Source of the DNA: Eledone cirrhosa
Taxonomy: Eukaryota
Length of the DNA: 64,000 bases
Assembly (NCBI GenBank): GCA_964016885.1
Contig: OZ024744.1
Span: 56,668,001 to 56,732,000 of the forward strand
Reading direction: 5' to 3'
In this document: positions 26,433 to 41,095 of the stretch, one piece after another
How positions within the stretch are numbered: the stretch's first letter is position 1
Layout: the number at the start of each line of letters is the position of its first letter
Position numbers and translations under genes: made by a program
Notes under the pieces: generated by a model
Seen by the model: the letters and a program-made list of their open reading frames with translations, nothing else
The model's database searches: none
Told to the model about the DNA's origin: nothing

Positions 26433-29156
26433 TGTTAGACTGATAATTAGCGACCTCATAGTCAGGACGAGACGTACTCGACAACAGAAGAGGACTATCC
26501 TCAGGAGGAAAATATGGAAGCTAAAGGACCCCACAGCCAGGAATAAATTTCAAAGCATATTACTTGATGCTTTCGACAGTAAGGAAGAACATTTAGAGTC
26601 GGACAATATAGAGGGAGAGTGGGAATTTCTGAAAGCAAACCTGCTGTTGGCGACAGACGAGGTCTGTGGCTGGAGCAGGCCTGTAGGCAGGAGGAGAGTA
26701 ACATGGTGGTGGAACAGTAAGGTGGAGGGGTCAATTAAGGCCAAAAAGCAGGCTTGGAAAGTATGGCGGGATGGGGGAAGTAGAGAGGACTATCAAGTGG
26801 CCAGGAGGGAAGCTAGGAGACAAGTGTACTTAGCAAGAAGGGAAGCTGAGGAAAGAAAGTTCAAGCATGTTCTACAACGCGATGACCAAAAACGTGAGGT
26901 GTTCAGGATTGCTAGGCAATGCGTCAAGGAAAACCGTGATATTGTCGGGGAGAAGTGTGTACTAAACGACGATGGCACACTTGCCATCACCGACGCTGAT
27001 AAGAAGGTAGCTTGGAAGTGTCACTATGAAAGGCTTCTAAATGAGGAGAATAATTGGGAGAAAGGCAGTCTCCCCCATATCGACCCAATAGAGGGACCAG
27101 CAGTGTTAGTCGAGGGGAGTATAATAAGTAAGGCAATCAAGGATATGAAGACTGGTAAGGCGGCTGGGCCTTCGGAAATAGTTGCTGAGATGCTGAAGGC
27201 ATCTGGCACGGTGGGACACACCATGGTCACCCGCATAGTTAACCAAGTCGTACAAAACGGGGTTGTTCCGAAGGACTGGCATAGCAGCATCATCGTTAAC
27301 TGTTATAAGGGTAAAGGAGACGCCCTAGATAGGAGTAACTATAGAGGCATTAAATTAATCGACCAGGTCATGAAGGTCACGGAAAGAGTAATAGCGCAAC
27401 TAATCAGAGAGAGAATTGACCTAGATGAAATGCAGTTCGGGTTTGTGTCAGGCAAAAGTACCACAGACGCTCTTTTCATAGTACGACAACTACAAGAGAA
27501 GTACCTAGCTAAAGGTAAACCCCTCTACTTAGCTTTTGTCGACTTGGAGAAAGCCTTCGACAGAGTCCCCCGCTCCATTATCTGGTGGGCTCTTAGAAAA
27601 CTAGGCCGTTGACGAATGGCTTGTGAGGGCTATACAAGCCATGTATAAAGAAACAGTCAGCAAGGTTAGAATTAACAACGAATATAGTGAAGAGTTTAGC
27701 GTAAAAGTCGGCGTCCATCAGGGCTCTGTTCTCAGTCCACTACTATTTATTATTGCCCTTCAGGCCATAACAGAGGAGTTCAAGACAGGCTGCCATGGGA
27801 ACTCCTATACGCAGACGACCTGACACTCATAGCGGAATCAATGGCCGAGCTAGAGAAGAAATTCCAAACATGGAAGCACGGCCTAGAGTCAAAAGGACTT
27901 AAAATTAACCTGGCTAAGACCAAAGTACTAGTTTGTAGGAAAGAAAACAAGGCGGCGGTCCCTTCTGGGAAATGGTCGTGCTCGGTGTGTAGGAAAGGCG
28001 TAGGTAGAAACTCCATTTTATGTCCTAAATGCAAAGTATGGGTGCATAAAAGATGTAGTGGGATCACAGGTAGGCTAACTAAGAACATAGATTTTACATG
28101 TGGCCGGTGCTCTGGTGCAATAAGTAGCAGCAAGTGCCCACAAACTACTAGCTCTTTCAATTGCGCAGAGGGTTCTATAGAAATAGTGGACAGCTTCCGT
28201 TACCTGGGCGATAAAATCAGCAGTGGGGGAGGGTGCTCTGAAAGTACTGTAGCTAGAGTCAGAACTGGTTGGAAAAAGTTCAGAGAGCTTATACCACTAT
28301 TAGCTGCTAAAGGGTTCTCACTAAAAATGAAAGGCAGGTTGTACGATGCCTGCATACGAACAGCAATGCTGCATGGCAGTGAGACCTGGGCATTGTGTGC
28401 AGAGGATATACGCAGACTAGAGAGGAACGAAGCTTGCATGCTCCGCTGGATGTGTAACAGTAATATACGTGAACGGCAAAGCATAAACGAACTAAGGAAT
28501 AAATTAGAGATAAGAGGGATCAGATGTTGTTTACTCGAGAGAAGGCTACGTTGGTATGGACACGTGATGCGCATGAAAGTCGATAGCTGTATAACAAAGT
28601 GCAGGGCAATAAAGATAGACGGTAGTCACGGAATAGGCAGACCTAGAAAAACCTGGGACGAGCTGATAAACTCCGACATCACACACTTACACCTCTCCAA
28701 GACAATGTCACTGGACCGAGACCTTTGGCGGTACTCAGTAACAGAGAAGACCCGCCTTACCTAAATATATAGTAAAACCTACTCCAGCCAGTAGGCATCT
28801 CTAACAAATACACCCCGTCCCACCACCCCCACCCCGATCCACACCACCCCGTTCTATGTAAAGTTATGTTGGTGCCGCGCCATCGAGGCCGAAACAAATG
28901 AGATCGTGTAGGTGTCACGACAAAAAAACACACAGTCCACGCTGTAATGTGGCCGTGTAGGCAACACGGTAAAAACCTCCCAGACCCACACTGTAAATGT
29001 GGTTGGTGTTAGGAAGGGCATCCAACTGTAGAAAACCTGCCAGACAGTCCTATGCGAGCAAGACAATCACTCTTGCCTCAAGTGGGACTACCCCCGTCCA
29101 AACCCATGCAAGCGTGGAACACGGACGTTAAACGTTGATGATGATGATGATGATGA

Positions 29157-29160
<4 letters not shown>
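26433..29160 (+). mobile_element. RTE LINE family A, 5'-truncated, frameshifted
   Basis: ORFs 26647-27612, 27623-27823 and 27841-28764. The 3' UTR ends GGACGTTAAACGTT(GAT)n; TA-flanked. Confidence 0.95.
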
Positions 29161-29213
<53 letters not shown>

Positions 29214-29300
29214 AATATATATATAAATATATATAAATATATATAAATATATATATAAATATATATAAATATATATAAATATATATAAATATATATAAAT

Positions 29301-31236
29301 ATGAGATGCTGAAGGCATCTGGCACGGTGGGACACACCATGGTCACCCGCATAGTTAACCAAGTCGTACAGAATGGGGTTGTTCCGAAGGACTGGCATAG
29401 CAGCATCATCGTTAACTGTTATAAGGGTAAAGGAGACGCCCTAGATAGGAGTAACTATAGAGGCATTAAATTAATCGACCAGGTCATGAAGGTCACGGAA
29501 AAAGTAATAGCGCAACTAATCAGAGAGAGAATTGACCTAGATGAAATGCAGTTCGGGTTTGTGTCAGGCAAAAGTACCACAGACGCTCTTTTCATAGTAC
29601 GACAACTACAGGAGAAGTTCCTAGCTAAAGGTAAACCCCTCTACTTAGCTTTTGTCGACTTGGAGAAAGCCTTCGACAGAGTCCCCCGCTCCATTACCTG
29701 GTGGGCTCTTAGAAAACTAGGCGTTGACGAATGGCTTGTGAGGGCTATACAAGCCATGTATAAAGAAACAGTCAGCAAGGTTAGAATTAACAACGAATAT
29801 AGTGAAGAGTTTAGCGTAAAAGTTGGCGTCCATCAGGGCTCTGTTCTCAGCCCCCTACTATTTATTATTGCCCTTCAGGCTATAACAGAGGAGTTCAAGA
29901 CAGGCTGCCCATGGGAACTCCTATACGCAGACGACCTGACACTCATAGCGGAATCAATGGTCGAGCTAGAGAAGAAATTCCATACATGGAAGCACGGCCT
30001 AGAGTCAAAAGGACTTAAAATTAACCTGGCTAAGACCAAAGTTCTAGTTTGTAGGAAAGAAAACAAGGCGGCGGTCCCTTCTGGGAAATGGTCGTGCTCG
30101 GTGTGTAGGAAAGGCGTAGGTAGAAACTCCATTTTATGTCCTAAATGCAAAGTATGGGTGCATAAAAGATGTAGTGGGATCACAGGTAAGCTAACTAAGA
30201 ACATAGATTTCACATGTGGCCGGTGTTCTGGTGCAATAAGTAGCAGCAAGTGCCCACAAAATACTAGCTCTTTCAATTGCGCAGAGGGTTCTATAGAAAT
30301 AGTGGACAGCTTCCGTTACCTGGGCGATAAAATCAGCAGTGGGGGAGGGTGCTCTGAAAGTACTGTAGCTAGAGTCAGAACTGGTTGGAAAAAGTTCAGA
30401 GAGCTTATACCACTATTAGCTGCTAAAGGGTTCTCCCTAAAAATGAAAGGCAGGTTGTACGATGCCTGCATACGAACAGCAATGTTGCATGGCAGTGAGA
30501 CCTGGGCATTGTGTGCAGAGGATATACGCAGACTAGAGAGGAACGAAGCTTGCATGCTCCGCTGGATGTGTAACAGTAATATACGTGAACGGCAAAGCAT
30601 AAACGAACTAAGGAAAAAATTAGAGATAAGAGGGATGAGATGTTGTTTACTCGAGAGAAGGCTACGTTGGTATGGACACGTGATGCGCATGAAAGTCGAT
30701 AGCTGTATAACAAAGTGCAGGGCAATAAAGATAGACGGTAGCCACGGAATAGGCAGACCTAGAAAAACCTGGGACGAGCTGATAAACTCCGACCTCACAC
30801 ACTTACACCTCTCCAAGACAATGTCACTGGACCGAGACCTCTGGCGGTACTCAGTAACAGAGAAGACCCGCCTTGCCAGTAGGCATCTCTAACAAAATAC
30901 ACCCCGTCCCGCCACCACCCCCACCCATCCACACCACCCCGTCCTATGTAAAGTTATGTTGGTGCCGCGCCATCCAGGCCGAAACAAATGAGATCGTGTA
31001 GGTGTCACGACAAAAAAACACACAGTCCACGCTGTAATGTGGCCGTGTAGGCAACACGGTAAAAACCTCCCAGACCCACACTGTAAATGTGGTTGGTGTT
31101 AGGAAGGGCATCCAACTGTAGAAAACCTGCCAGACAGTCCTATGCGAGCAAGACAATCACTCTTGCCTCAAGTGGGACTACCCCCGTCCAAACCCATGCA
31201 AGCGTGGAACACGGACGTTAAACGTTGATGATGATG

Positions 31237-31240
<4 letters not shown>
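29301..31240 (+). mobile_element. RTE LINE family A, 5'-truncated, young
   Basis: Very similar to 27188-29160, with an open RT frame and (GAT)n tail; TA-flanked. Confidence 0.95.
29306..30892 (+). CDS. RTE reverse transcriptase (528-aa open remnant) with an internal PHD-type zinc finger
   Basis: [38 protein letters not shown], then C4HC3 finger at 30095-30226, [20 protein letters not shown]. The endonuclease domain is missing. Confidence 0.9.
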   Translation: MLKASGTVGHTMVTRIVNQVVQNGVVPKDWHSSIIVNCYKGKGDALDRSNYRGIKLIDQVMKVTEKVIAQLIRERIDLDEMQFGFVSGKSTTDALFIVRQLQEKFLAKGKPLYLAFVDLEKAFDRVPRSITWWALRKLGVDEWLVRAIQAMYKETVSKVRINNEYSEEFSVKVGVHQGSVLSPLLFIIALQAITEEFKTGCPWELLYADDLTLIAESMVELEKKFHTWKHGLESKGLKINLAKTKVLVCRKENKAAVPSGKWSCSVCRKGVGRNSILCPKCKVWVHKRCSGITGKLTKNIDFTCGRCSGAISSSKCPQNTSSFNCAEGSIEIVDSFRYLGDKISSGGGCSESTVARVRTGWKKFRELIPLLAAKGFSLKMKGRLYDACIRTAMLHGSETWALCAEDIRRLERNEACMLRWMCNSNIRERQSINELRKKLEIRGMRCCLLERRLRWYGHVMRMKVDSCITKCRAIKIDGSHGIGRPRKTWDELINSDLTHLHLSKTMSLDRDLWRYSVTEKTRLASRHL

Positions 31241-31295
<55 letters not shown>

Positions 31296-31334
31296 ATATA
31301 TATATATATATATAAATAAATATATAAGTAAAGA

Positions 31335-31670
31335 TGGAGGCACATGGCTTAGCGGTTAGAGCATTGGCCTTGCAATCGAAAGGTTGTGAGTTCAATTCTC
31401 AGACCGGGTGATGTGTTGTTTCCTTGAGCAAGACACTTTATTTCACATTGCTCCAGTTTACTCAGCTGTAGAAATGAGATGATAGGGTCTGGAGTCCATA
31501 TCATTCCACTGCAAAGTGGTCGTGGAGGTGCCACGGCAAACAAGCACCCAGCACTCACTGTAAATGAGGTTGGTGTTAGGAAGGGCATCCAGCTGTAGAA
31601 ATCAAGCCAGAATCAGTTCCCGTCCCACCCTTGCAAGCAGGGAAAAGCGGACGTAAAATAAAATGATGAT
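31335..31670 (+). mobile_element. Full-length tRNA/CORE-type SINE with a composite RTE-derived 3' half
   Basis: A box TGGCTTAGCGG, B box GAGTTCAATTC, CORE-like CCTTGAGCAAGACACTTTA. 31506-31620 matches the RTE-B 3' UTR, and 31619-31670 matches the RTE-C terminus. Confidence 0.9.
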
Positions 31671-31974
31671 ATATAATATTAAAGAGTTAAACAAGATTCA
31701 ATGACTATATAAAAGGAGATTTACAGTAGATTGGAAGCACTCTACTGAAAATAATTAAAATACAAATATTAATAAAATAGATGTTCTTTTGATCAATTAA
31801 ATTTTATTATACATATTTCGGAGGTACATCCTCATCAGGCAAAATATAATGATACATGACATACCCTGATATGTTAAATGGTTAAGATTTAATCAAGGTA
31901 GTGATTAACCTAAGAGAAAATTCAACAGTTATACCCTAATAATGAGAAAATGCGAAAACGTAATAAATTCAAAA

Positions 31975-33020
31975 TAGTTAAATTCCTAGACGTTACTTTT
32001 AACTTAAACACTGGCTTCTATTCCTCGTTTTATAAGCCCAATGAAAACTCAAACTATGTTAGTAACCATTCCAATCACCCTAAATCTGTAAAAAAAGCTA
32101 TAGTAAATAGTGTGCAAAAACGAATTAATAAAATATCAGCCAATAAAGCTATATATGGTGAAAACGCTGAATACTACAACAACGCGTTAAAAAGAGCAGG
32201 ATATGTGAATAATATAGAATATGTAGATAATAATAATCCAAGTATTAATCTTGATAAAAATAACATATATAAGAGAAACTCTAATAATTATAATTCAAAC
32301 ACCCATATGCCAAATAAATCGAAGATAAGAACTAGAACTAAATCAGTCATATGTCCCCCCCCCCCCCTGCTTCGGTCGCAGTTAGAACACCAATTGCAAA
32401 ATTATTCTTTAACGCTTTGGACACCTTTCCCTACTCAACATAAATACCATTCCATTTTTAATAGACACACCATTAAATTCTCGTATTCTACAACTATGAA
32501 CATGGCCCAAAACATTGCCAAATTAAACACTAAAATCCTAAAACAAAACCAGCATAATGATCTTAATAGTAGAGTTAACATAAATTATACTAAACCAAAA
32601 TGTAATTGTAGAAATAAAACGGACTGCCCTTTGCAAAATAATTGTCTAGATAGTAATTTGGTTTATAAATGCACCGTAAAAACTGATCACAATACATACA
32701 ACTACATAGGATCGACTTCTACATTTAAAGCCAGATTTGCGAACCATAAATGCTCATTCTCGAACTCCAAGTGGAAATCATCCACTTCTTTACCACAGCT
32801 CATATGGAGAGAAATTTAAAATACTCCATTCTTTGGACAAAACTTCGAAATTGTGGAGTTTACCGCAACTCTAGTATATCAAATAACTGCGCACTATGTA
32901 CAATGGAGACCCTGTTGATTAATAACTATGAGACCCTAATTAACAAAAAAAGTGAATTATTCTCTAGTTCTCTTCATAAAGCTACGTCTACATTCTTAGC
33001 CTCCCACAAAACTAGAAAAA
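31975..33020 (+). pseudogene. PLE RT thumb plus GIY-YIG endonuclease remnant
   Basis: VKFLDVTFNL..YKPNE..YV..SNHP; CNCRNKTDCPLQNNCL..VYKCTV..YNYIGST..FKARFANH; CALCTME..LINKKSELFS. Frameshifted. Confidence 0.88.
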
Positions 33021-34404
33021 AAAAAGACACTAAACCATTAAAAACTTGGTTTTCCGACGTATATAATCAACAGGGAAAAACATTAATGGCCTTTAATATT
33101 GCATTATCTTATAACTATCTATAGAAGAAATAACGCTCAAATGAATGACACTTGTTCAATAACACGTTGACACGTTGATATACATAACATAATATTATTA
33201 ACTTTGATCCATACCATTATTTCTCTATCTTTATTTTCCTATCTAAGTTTTAAATTTTAGTTTAAATATCCAACACGTATATTTTTATGGAACTTATTTT
33301 TAACTGTGAATCTTTCATGTGTTTACATTTTTTTAAATTTTTTATTTATAATATGTATGTAATTATCTTTTGTAAGTTTTTAAATATACCTACCATATTT
33401 TTATATCCATAATTCAAATATAGAGCAAATATCCAAACTATAAATTATCACGGACCTGATTTTGAACTCTGAATTATCCATGCATTTATTATTATTTTTC
33501 TTATATATATGTATGTATAACTGTAACACGTGGAAATCTATTATATAAGATTATAATCGTTATCATTTACCTAAAGTATACTGTATCACTAATACTTAAT
33601 ATATAACTATATATACCTCCCTGTATCTTTAGATAACTTCTAAATTTTTAGATTATTATTTATTTTGAACTGTGAATAATTCATGCATTTACACCCTTTT
33701 ATATATAGGTATCTATTTAACTTTAGCATGCTTCAATCTATTATTTTATATTCGTTATCATTTACCTAAAATATACTGGCTTATTAATATATATCTATAT
33801 ACATAATCGTTATTTAAATATTTCTAACAAGTACTTCTTAAATTTTACCGAAAATGTTGACATTTTTATAGGTAATCTTTGTTAAAGTTTACATTTAGGA
33901 AAAAAATTCAACAGTGTAAATTTTCCTTTCGCTGGCCAGGTAAATCTTTTAAATTTTATCCTCATAAAATTCAGAAGTTTAGAAATGTTAACACACTTAT
34001 AGAATTTATAAAATTAATAAATATAAATAACCAGCAACTTTAAAAAAACCTAAAATCTTGATTCCTCACCCTAAAATAACAAATTAAATATTTTGAAACT
34101 TAACCGTTTAGCTTTTGGAAAAAATCTCTTTCTGCATATTTTACTCCCCCATTATCTTTCCCTCTCTTTAAATCCTCTTTCAGCAGCCCTCATGGACTGT
34201 TATAATTCATGAGATGTTTTCCTAGATAACCATAACTTGGAGTATCCTACATTTTAAAATCTCTATAGCTGTCACATTAACCAACATTTTTCTTACTCAC
34301 ACATTCTCTATTGAATTTATTACGTTTTCGCATTTTCTCATTAGTAGGGTATAAATGTTGAATTTTCTCTTAACCATTTAACATCTCAGGGTATGTCATG
34401 TATC

Positions 34405-34460
34405 ATTATATTCTGCCTGATGAGGACGTACTGTTGTACCTCCGAAATATGTATAATAAA
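34405..34460 (+). ncRNA. HHR motif in the PLE pseudo-LTR (inverted copy at 31805-31850)
   Basis: CUGAUGA (34417-34423), GGA...UCC, GAAA (34444-34447), UAUG, UA. Stem I is weak. Confidence 0.65.
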
Positions 34461-34809
34461 ATTTAATTGATCAAAAGAACATCTATTTTATTAATATTTG
34501 TATTTTAATATATAATATATATATATATAAATATATATAAATATATATTATATATATAATATATATATAAATAAATATATATAATATAATTATATATAAA
34601 TAAATATATATATAAATAAATATATAAATAAATATATATATAAATAAATATATAAATAAATATATATATAAATAAATAAATATATATATATAAATATATA
34701 TATAAATAAATATATATATAAATAAATATATATATAAATAAATATATATATATAAATAAATATATATATATAAATAAATATATATATATATAATATATAT
34801 ATATAAATA

Positions 34810-37800
34810 ATGATGAAATATGAATCTGCGAGCTACCAAGCACCCATGTGAAGCGCCAATCCAGAGACCCTTCCCTACGAGTGTCGACAAATGCCCAAAA
34901 CTCCAAGTTAGTTCCATCAATGTAGGCTCAATGAAAGGAAGAGCAGGAGAAATCGTAGAAATGCTAGAGCGAAAGGAAATTGATGTATGCTGTGTGCAAG
35001 AGACTAGATGGAGAAGAGAGTCTGCTAGAGTCCTTGTAGGAAAAAGTCGGTGCTACAAATTTTTCTGGGCGGGAAATGACGATGGGATGGGTGGTGTAGG
35101 TATATTACTAGCTGACAAGTGGGTAGATAAAGTAATCTCAGTGTACAGGGTAAATGCAAGAATCATTAAACTCAGACTAGTCCTGAATAAAACAATTACC
35201 ACAATAATATCAGCTTACGCACCCCCAATCGGGGCTGCCAGACGAACTTAAGGATAGGTTTTACAAGTCCCTAATGCACACTACTGCTCTAACAGACGAC
35301 AATGACTTCCTAATCATCGCAGGAGATTTCAACGGACACGTAGGTAAACACTGCGACGGCTTCAATAGAGTACATGGAGGCCATGGGGTTGGCACAAGAA
35401 ATGAGGAAGGATTCAGACTTCTAGAATTCTGCGACGCCAATGACATGTCGATATGTAACACAAACTTTAAAAAACTTGACAACCACCTGATCACCTATAG
35501 ATCAGGGGACCACTCTAGTCAGATAGATTTTATCCTCATCAGAGGACGTGACAGATGGACGGTCGTAAACATAGAAGCCTTCCCTAGTGAGGAATGTACA
35601 TCCCGACATAGCTTAGTTGTCAGCGACCTCACAGTCAGAACTAGACGAACCTGGAAATAGAGGCCAACCTGGAGAAGAAAGATCTGGAAGCTGAAAGACC
35701 CCTCAGCCAGTAACAGATTTAAAGATATTTTACTCAACGCCTACGACAGTAAAGAACAGGTAGACATTCAATGTAGAATAGAACTGGGAGTTCCTAAAAA
35801 TTAACTTACTAGAGGCGACGGATGAGGTCTGTGGCTGGAGTAAGACCTCAAGCAGGAGGAGAGTGACTTGGTGGTGGAATAATAAGGTATATGAGGCAGT
35901 TAAGGCCAAGAGACAGTCATGGAAAGAATGGAAGAATGGGGGGAGCAGGGTACATTACATAGACCAAGAGGGAAGCAAGGCGACAAGTATACTTAGCTAG
36001 GAGGGAAGCAGAGGATAGAAAATTCAAGCATGTTTTGCAACGTGAGGACCAGAAACTGGAGGTGTTCAAGATTGCGAGGCAGTGTGTCAGAGAGAGTTGT
36101 GATGTCATTGGAGAGAAGTGTATCCAGAATGATAAAGGTGAGCTTGCCCTCACAAGTACTGAGAAGAAAGATGCATGGAAGAGTCATTATGATAGATTAC
36201 TAAATGAGGAGAATGCATGGGAAGAAGAGACCCTACCCCAAGTAGACCCTATAGAGGGGCCAGCAGTACAAGTCAGCAGCAACGTAGTAAGTAAGGCAAT
36301 CAAAGATATGAAGATGGGGAAGGCAACTGGTCCATCAGGTAGAGCTGCCGAGATGCTGAAGGCATCTGGGTCTGTAGGTCACACTATAACCACACGTATT
36401 GTTAACCAGGTAATACTAGGTGTCATACCAAAAGATTGGTGCAGCAGCATCATTGTCAACTGCTACAAAGGTAAAGGTATGCACTAGATAGAGGAAACTA
36501 TAGAGGTATAAAGCTGATGGAACAGGTCATGAAAGTAACAGAAAGAGTTATAGCACAGTTGATTAGGGACCGGCTGAAAATAGACGAGATGCAATTTGGG
36601 TTTGTACCAGGAAGAGGCACCACTGATGCCCTCTTCCTTGTGAGGCAGTTACAGGAAAAGTACCAAGCTAAAAGTAAGCCACTCTACCTGGCATTTGTCG
36701 ACCTTGAGAAAGCCTTTGATAGAGTTCCACGTGCTGTAATCTGGTGGGCTCTTAGAAAACTGAGTAGATGAATGGCTTGTTAAAGCGGTACAAGCCATGT
36801 ATAGGGGAGCAGTCAGCAAAGTTAGGATTAGCAATGAGTATAGCGAGAAATTTAGCGTACAGGTTGGGGTCCACCAGGGCTCTGTTCTTAACCTCCTCCT
36901 GTTCATCATAGTCCTGCAGGCAATAACGGAGGAGTTTAAGACCGGATGCCCATGGGAACTCCTGTATGCTGATGACCTTGCACTTATAGCTGAATCTATG
37001 GTAGAACTAGAGAAGAAATTCCAAACTTGGAAGCAGGGACTAGAAAGAAAAGGTCTCAAAGTCAACATGACAATAGAACTGGTCAATAGGTCTTTGTAAG
37101 TAGACGAGAAAACGGAACCTAGATCCCCTCAGGTAAATGGCCTTGCTCAGTATGTAGGAAAGGTATAGGTAGGAACTCCATTCTCTGCCCCAAATGCAAA
37201 CAATGGGTACACAAGAGATGTAGTGGGATCTCAGGAAGCTTAATTAAGAATGTAGGCTTGACATGCAGCAGCTGTGCTGGGACAGCAAGCAGCAAACAGC
37301 CACAGGAAACAAGTACCACCAATCTCTGGGAGGGCTCTGTAGAGGACAGTAGACAGCTTCTGCTACCTAGGTGACCGAATTAGCAGCGGAGGTGGGTGTT
37401 CAGAAAGTACAATAACTAGGGTAAGAACGGGATGGAAGAAGTTTAGGGAACTACTACCACTGCTAGCTGCAAAAGGCTTCTCCCTCAGAATGAAAGGCAG
37501 ACTGTATGATGCGTGTATCCGAACAGCGATGTTGCATGGTAGTGAGACCTGGGCGCTGAAGGTGGAAGACTTACGTAGATTAGAGAGAAACGAAGCCTGC
37601 ATGCTCCGATGGATGTGTAATAGTAATATACGCAAACGACACAGCATAAATGAATTGAGAGAGAGACTGAGCATAAGAGGAATCAAATGCTGTGTGCAGG
37701 AGAGGCGGTTGCGCTGGTATGGACATTTGATGCGTATGAAGGATGACAGCTGTATAAAAAGGTGCAGAGCACTAGAAGTCGATGGAAAGCGCGGAGTGGG

Positions 37801-38212
37801 GAAACCCAAGACCAAGATGACCTGGGATGAGGTGATAAAAGCCGACCTTACCCAATTACACCTCTCAAAGTGACCTCTGGCGTCACGCAGTAATACAGAG
37901 TACCCGACCTCCCATGGGTACAAGCTGAAGCATATAGACAATATGCCCCCCCCCCCCCCCCCCCCCCCCCCCACCGCCCCGAAAAGCACCCAGCCCACGA
38001 CGTGTAGGCGCCACGAAAAAGCACCCAGCACTCACTGTAAATGGGGTTGGTGTTAGAAAGGGCATCCAGATGTAGAAATCAAGCCAAATCAGTTCCTGTA
38101 TGAGCAAAGCATAGTCAACCGACCAGACACTGCCCACAACAGGACAACCCGTCTAACCCGTGCTAGTGTGGAAGAACGGACGTAAAACGGTGATGATGAT
38201 GATGATGATGAT
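34810..38212 (+). mobile_element. RTE LINE family B, near full-length coding region (APE plus RT), defective
   Basis: SINVGSMKGR..DVCCVQETRW..GVGILL..ISAYAP; AGDFNGHVG; SQIDFIL; RT motifs; PHD-type finger ~37140-37275; (GAT)n tail. Several stops and frameshifts. Confidence 0.95.
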
Positions 38213-38483
38213 AATATTATATATATATATTATATATACTATATATATTATATATTATATATATTATATATATTATATATATTATATATATTATATATAT
38301 ATATTATATATATATATATGATATTATATATATTATATATTATATTATATATATTATATATTATATATATATTATATATATATATATATATTATATATAT
38401 TATATATATATATATATTATATATATATATATATTATATGTATATATATTATATATATTACATATATATATATATATATATAC

Positions 38484-38793
38484 CCCCCCCCCACACACAC
38501 ACCACCCTGTTCTATGTAAAGTTATGTTGGTGCCACACCATCCAGGCCGAAACAAATGAGATCGTGTAGGTGTCACGACAAAAAAACACACAGTCCACGC
38601 TGTAATGTGGCCGTGTAGGCAACACGGTAAAAACCTCCCAGACCCACACTGTAAATGTGGTTGGTGTTAGGAAGGGCATCCAACTGTAGAAAACCTGCCA
38701 GACAGTCCTATGCGAGCAAGACAATCACTCTTGCCTCAAGTGGGACTACCCCCGTCCAAACCCATGCAAGCGTGGAACACGGACGTTAAATGT

Positions 38794-38824
<31 letters not shown>
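38484..38824 (+). mobile_element. RTE family A, 3'-UTR-only insertion
   Basis: Matches 30915-31240 and ends in (GAT)n; TA-flanked. Confidence 0.92.
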
Positions 38825-40742
<1,918 letters not shown>

Positions 40743-40942
40743 NNNNNNNNNNNNNNNNNNNNNNNNNNNNNNNNNNNNNNNNNNNNNNNNNNNNNNNNNN
40801 NNNNNNNNNNNNNNNNNNNNNNNNNNNNNNNNNNNNNNNNNNNNNNNNNNNNNNNNNNNNNNNNNNNNNNNNNNNNNNNNNNNNNNNNNNNNNNNNNNNN
40901 NNNNNNNNNNNNNNNNNNNNNNNNNNNNNNNNNNNNNNNNNN
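40743..40942. other. Assembly gap (200 N)
   Basis: Run of N; true length unknown. Confidence 1.
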
Positions 40943-41095
40943 TATTCGAAGCATAGAGTTACCGCCCTTTATGATCTGAGTTCAAATCCCGCCGAGGTTA
41001 ACTCTGCCTTTCATCCTTACAGGGTCGATAAATAAAGTACCAGTAATACACTGGGTATTTGCTGGCCTTGTGCTAAAAGTAGAAACAATTATTTA
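40943..41095 (+). mobile_element. tRNA-derived SINE (same family as 3205-3390), 5' end lost in the gap
   Basis: GAGTTCAAATCCCGCCGAGGTTAACTCTGCCTTTCATCCTTACAGGGTCGATAAATAAAGTACCAG...GAAACAATTATT. Confidence 0.8.

Larger units (their letters stand above)
31672..34510 (+). mobile_element. Penelope-like element (second family), 5'-truncated, with inverted pseudo-LTR and HHRs
   Basis: 31755-31972 is an inverted copy of ~34312-34509. Coding remnant at ~31975-33020. HHR motifs at 31805-31850 (-) and 34405-34460 (+). Confidence 0.88.

Noticed and set aside
31335-31410. tRNA gene
   Set aside because: A and B boxes are present but continue into a SINE body and tail; it is a SINE head.
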